From a virus (Duplodnaviria > Caudoviricetes): 33,639 nt of DNA. This document shows positions 32,107 to 33,639 of the stretch, piece by piece; the first letter of the stretch is position 1; each line of letters begins with the position of its first letter. The notes below the pieces were generated by a model. The model searched no databases. It saw nothing but the letters and a program-made list of their open reading frames with translations, and was not told the origin of the DNA. Position numbers and translations under genes: made by a program. The stretch is taken from the IMG/VR virus record IMGVR_UViG_3300013767_000197, positions 1-33,639 of that record; one strand, 5' to 3'.

Positions 32107-32751
32107 GGCGCGCTCCCGCTTCTTGCAGCGGAAGGTCGCAAAGCGGCCTTGTTTTCGCATTGAACGGATGGCTCGAATTTTAGCTATCCGGTCCGCGCGG
32201 CAATGATGGTTAATGAGTCCCGGCTACGAAACTTAGCCGGCGACCCGAAGGGCTAATGTGAGAGAAATCACATCTGGCGAAATTAATTCCCGGTAGCGCG
32301 GCGATCGGCATGGCGCGGCTGGCGACAGCAGCAATGAGGTCTTGCGAGGGCCTGTTGCGGCTTACGATTGGCTTCATTTCGATTCGAAACCACTGGAATC
32401 CGCGCATGGCTGACGAAGCTGGAACTTCGGGCCATTTGGAGGCCCCACAGAGGTCGCAGGCAATATTTGGGAAGGAAGCTGGCTCCCGGAGCTGGCTCCA
32501 TACATTCATGAATTCAATTGGTTAGGGGGAGCTTTTTCCGGGCCTTGCCCCCCAATCTTGCCCCCAAATGCTTTAGGTACCCTTGGGCAGGATGGGCTGC
32601 GTGGCATACCAGCATGACGCGAAGATTTTCGGATGCACGGCATGATTGTAGCCGACTGTTGCTCAAGGGTAACGGCCATTTGCGCGGTGCTGGGGTATGT
32701 TGCGCACAGGCTAAGGGCTGGGGTGGGTTCATAGTCAAAGGGGGACATCCC

Positions 32752-33639
32752 GTGAAGAAAGTCGCGTTAGTAACCACTGCCTTATCCATTCTGCTCGTCA
32801 GCGCTGCCTCTGCGGCCGACCTTGCGCCCCGCACCTACACGAAAGCGCCACCGGCTCCGCCGCCGCCACCCTGCATCTGGTGCGGCTTCTACATCGGTCT
32901 CAACGGCGGTTGGGTCGGCTCCACCGGGAACAACAACAGTTTTGCCGCGTCGACACTCGAGACTGGTGCAGCCGCGACCCCGCTTCTCTTCTTAGGCAAT
33001 AACCTCAACAACCAAAACACCAACGGAGGCTTCGGCGGCGGCCAGATCGGCTATAACTGGGCGTGGCCGGGCGCTGGCGCGGCCGGTTACGGTTGGCTCC
33101 TCGGCGTTGAAGCTGACATTCAAGGTGCCAGCCTTCGCGGTAATTCCGGCACATTATCTGTCGGCGAGGTTGGCGAACCTGGCGATGTTAGCAGCTTCAC
33201 CGCTGATTCACGGCTCAATTGGTTTGGAACCTTGCGCGGCCGTGTCGGCGTCACTTCGGGCCCCGTCCTGTTTTACGGAACGGGCGGTCTCGCCTTCGGT
33301 GGCGTCAAGAACAATCTCCTTGTCTCGTTCAACGATACTACGGACTGCGGTTTCGCCAGCTGCGCCGTCACCGCTCTGAACTCTACCTCGAATAACCAGT
33401 GGGGGTGGGTTGCCGGTGCCGGTATCGAATGGATGTTTGCTCCCAACTGGTCTCTTAAAGGCGAGTATCAGTATATCGACCTCGGCAGTGTAACCCAGAC
33501 AGCAACGGCGCTGGTCACAACGGACCGTGCTGGCGAAGTTGAAGGAGTGACCGCGGTCCGTCGCCAGAACGAAAGGTTCAATACCGTTCGCATCGGCGTG
33601 AACTATCACTTCGGTGGCTACAGCGGCTCGCAGTACTGA
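32752..33639 (+). CDS. Outer membrane beta-barrel protein, Omp25/RopB family
   Basis: Signal peptide ending ASA|ADL, Pro linker, GFYIGLNGG, GGGQIGYNW, GVEAD, GTLRGRVG, YGTGGLA, GWVAGAGIEW, GVNYHF. Confidence 0.92.
   Translation: MKKVALVTTALSILLVSAASAADLAPRTYTKAPPAPPPPPCIWCGFYIGLNGGWVGSTGNNNSFAASTLETGAAATPLLFLGNNLNNQNTNGGFGGGQIGYNWAWPGAGAAGYGWLLGVEADIQGASLRGNSGTLSVGEVGEPGDVSSFTADSRLNWFGTLRGRVGVTSGPVLFYGTGGLAFGGVKNNLLVSFNDTTDCGFASCAVTALNSTSNNQWGWVAGAGIEWMFAPNWSLKGEYQYIDLGSVTQTATALVTTDRAGEVEGVTAVRRQNERFNTVRIGVNYHFGGYSGSQY

Noticed and set aside
32518-32751. N-terminal extension of the outer membrane protein
   Set aside because: The signal peptide and RBS place the start at GTG 32752.

Overview
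Positions 1 to about 31800 are the right-hand part of a temperate siphovirus-type prophage in a high-GC alphaproteobacterium (Rhizobiales-like). The integrase and repressor end lies outside the window. Gene order on the + strand is: early and replication genes (HD-hydrolase C-terminus, YfdP/YfdQ-like pair, HTH replication initiator), a NusG-paralogue antiterminator, a structured late leader (terminators, a suhB/MmgR-like sRNA, a lambda-like cos candidate), a lambda-type terminase/portal head module, an 8-gene accessory virion-appendage insert, a tail module with a GGGGGAA frameshift chaperone, a fibre-like gene, a lysis cassette with an extra RlpA-like enzyme, and small accessory ORFs. After it come a tRNA-Cys(GCA), a small host ORF and an Omp25/RopB-type outer membrane protein gene. 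The most unusual signals are: (i) signal-peptide-like N-termini on both the major capsid protein and the Cys-paired tail-fibre-like protein; (ii) an antisense cassette of three tiny membrane peptides absent from the ORF track; (iii) a phage-borne MmgR-like sRNA; (iv) a 15 x 22-aa repeat protein in the appendage module; (v) the prophage lying 5' of the intact tRNA. All product calls come from motif recognition and synteny by eye, with no database searches.
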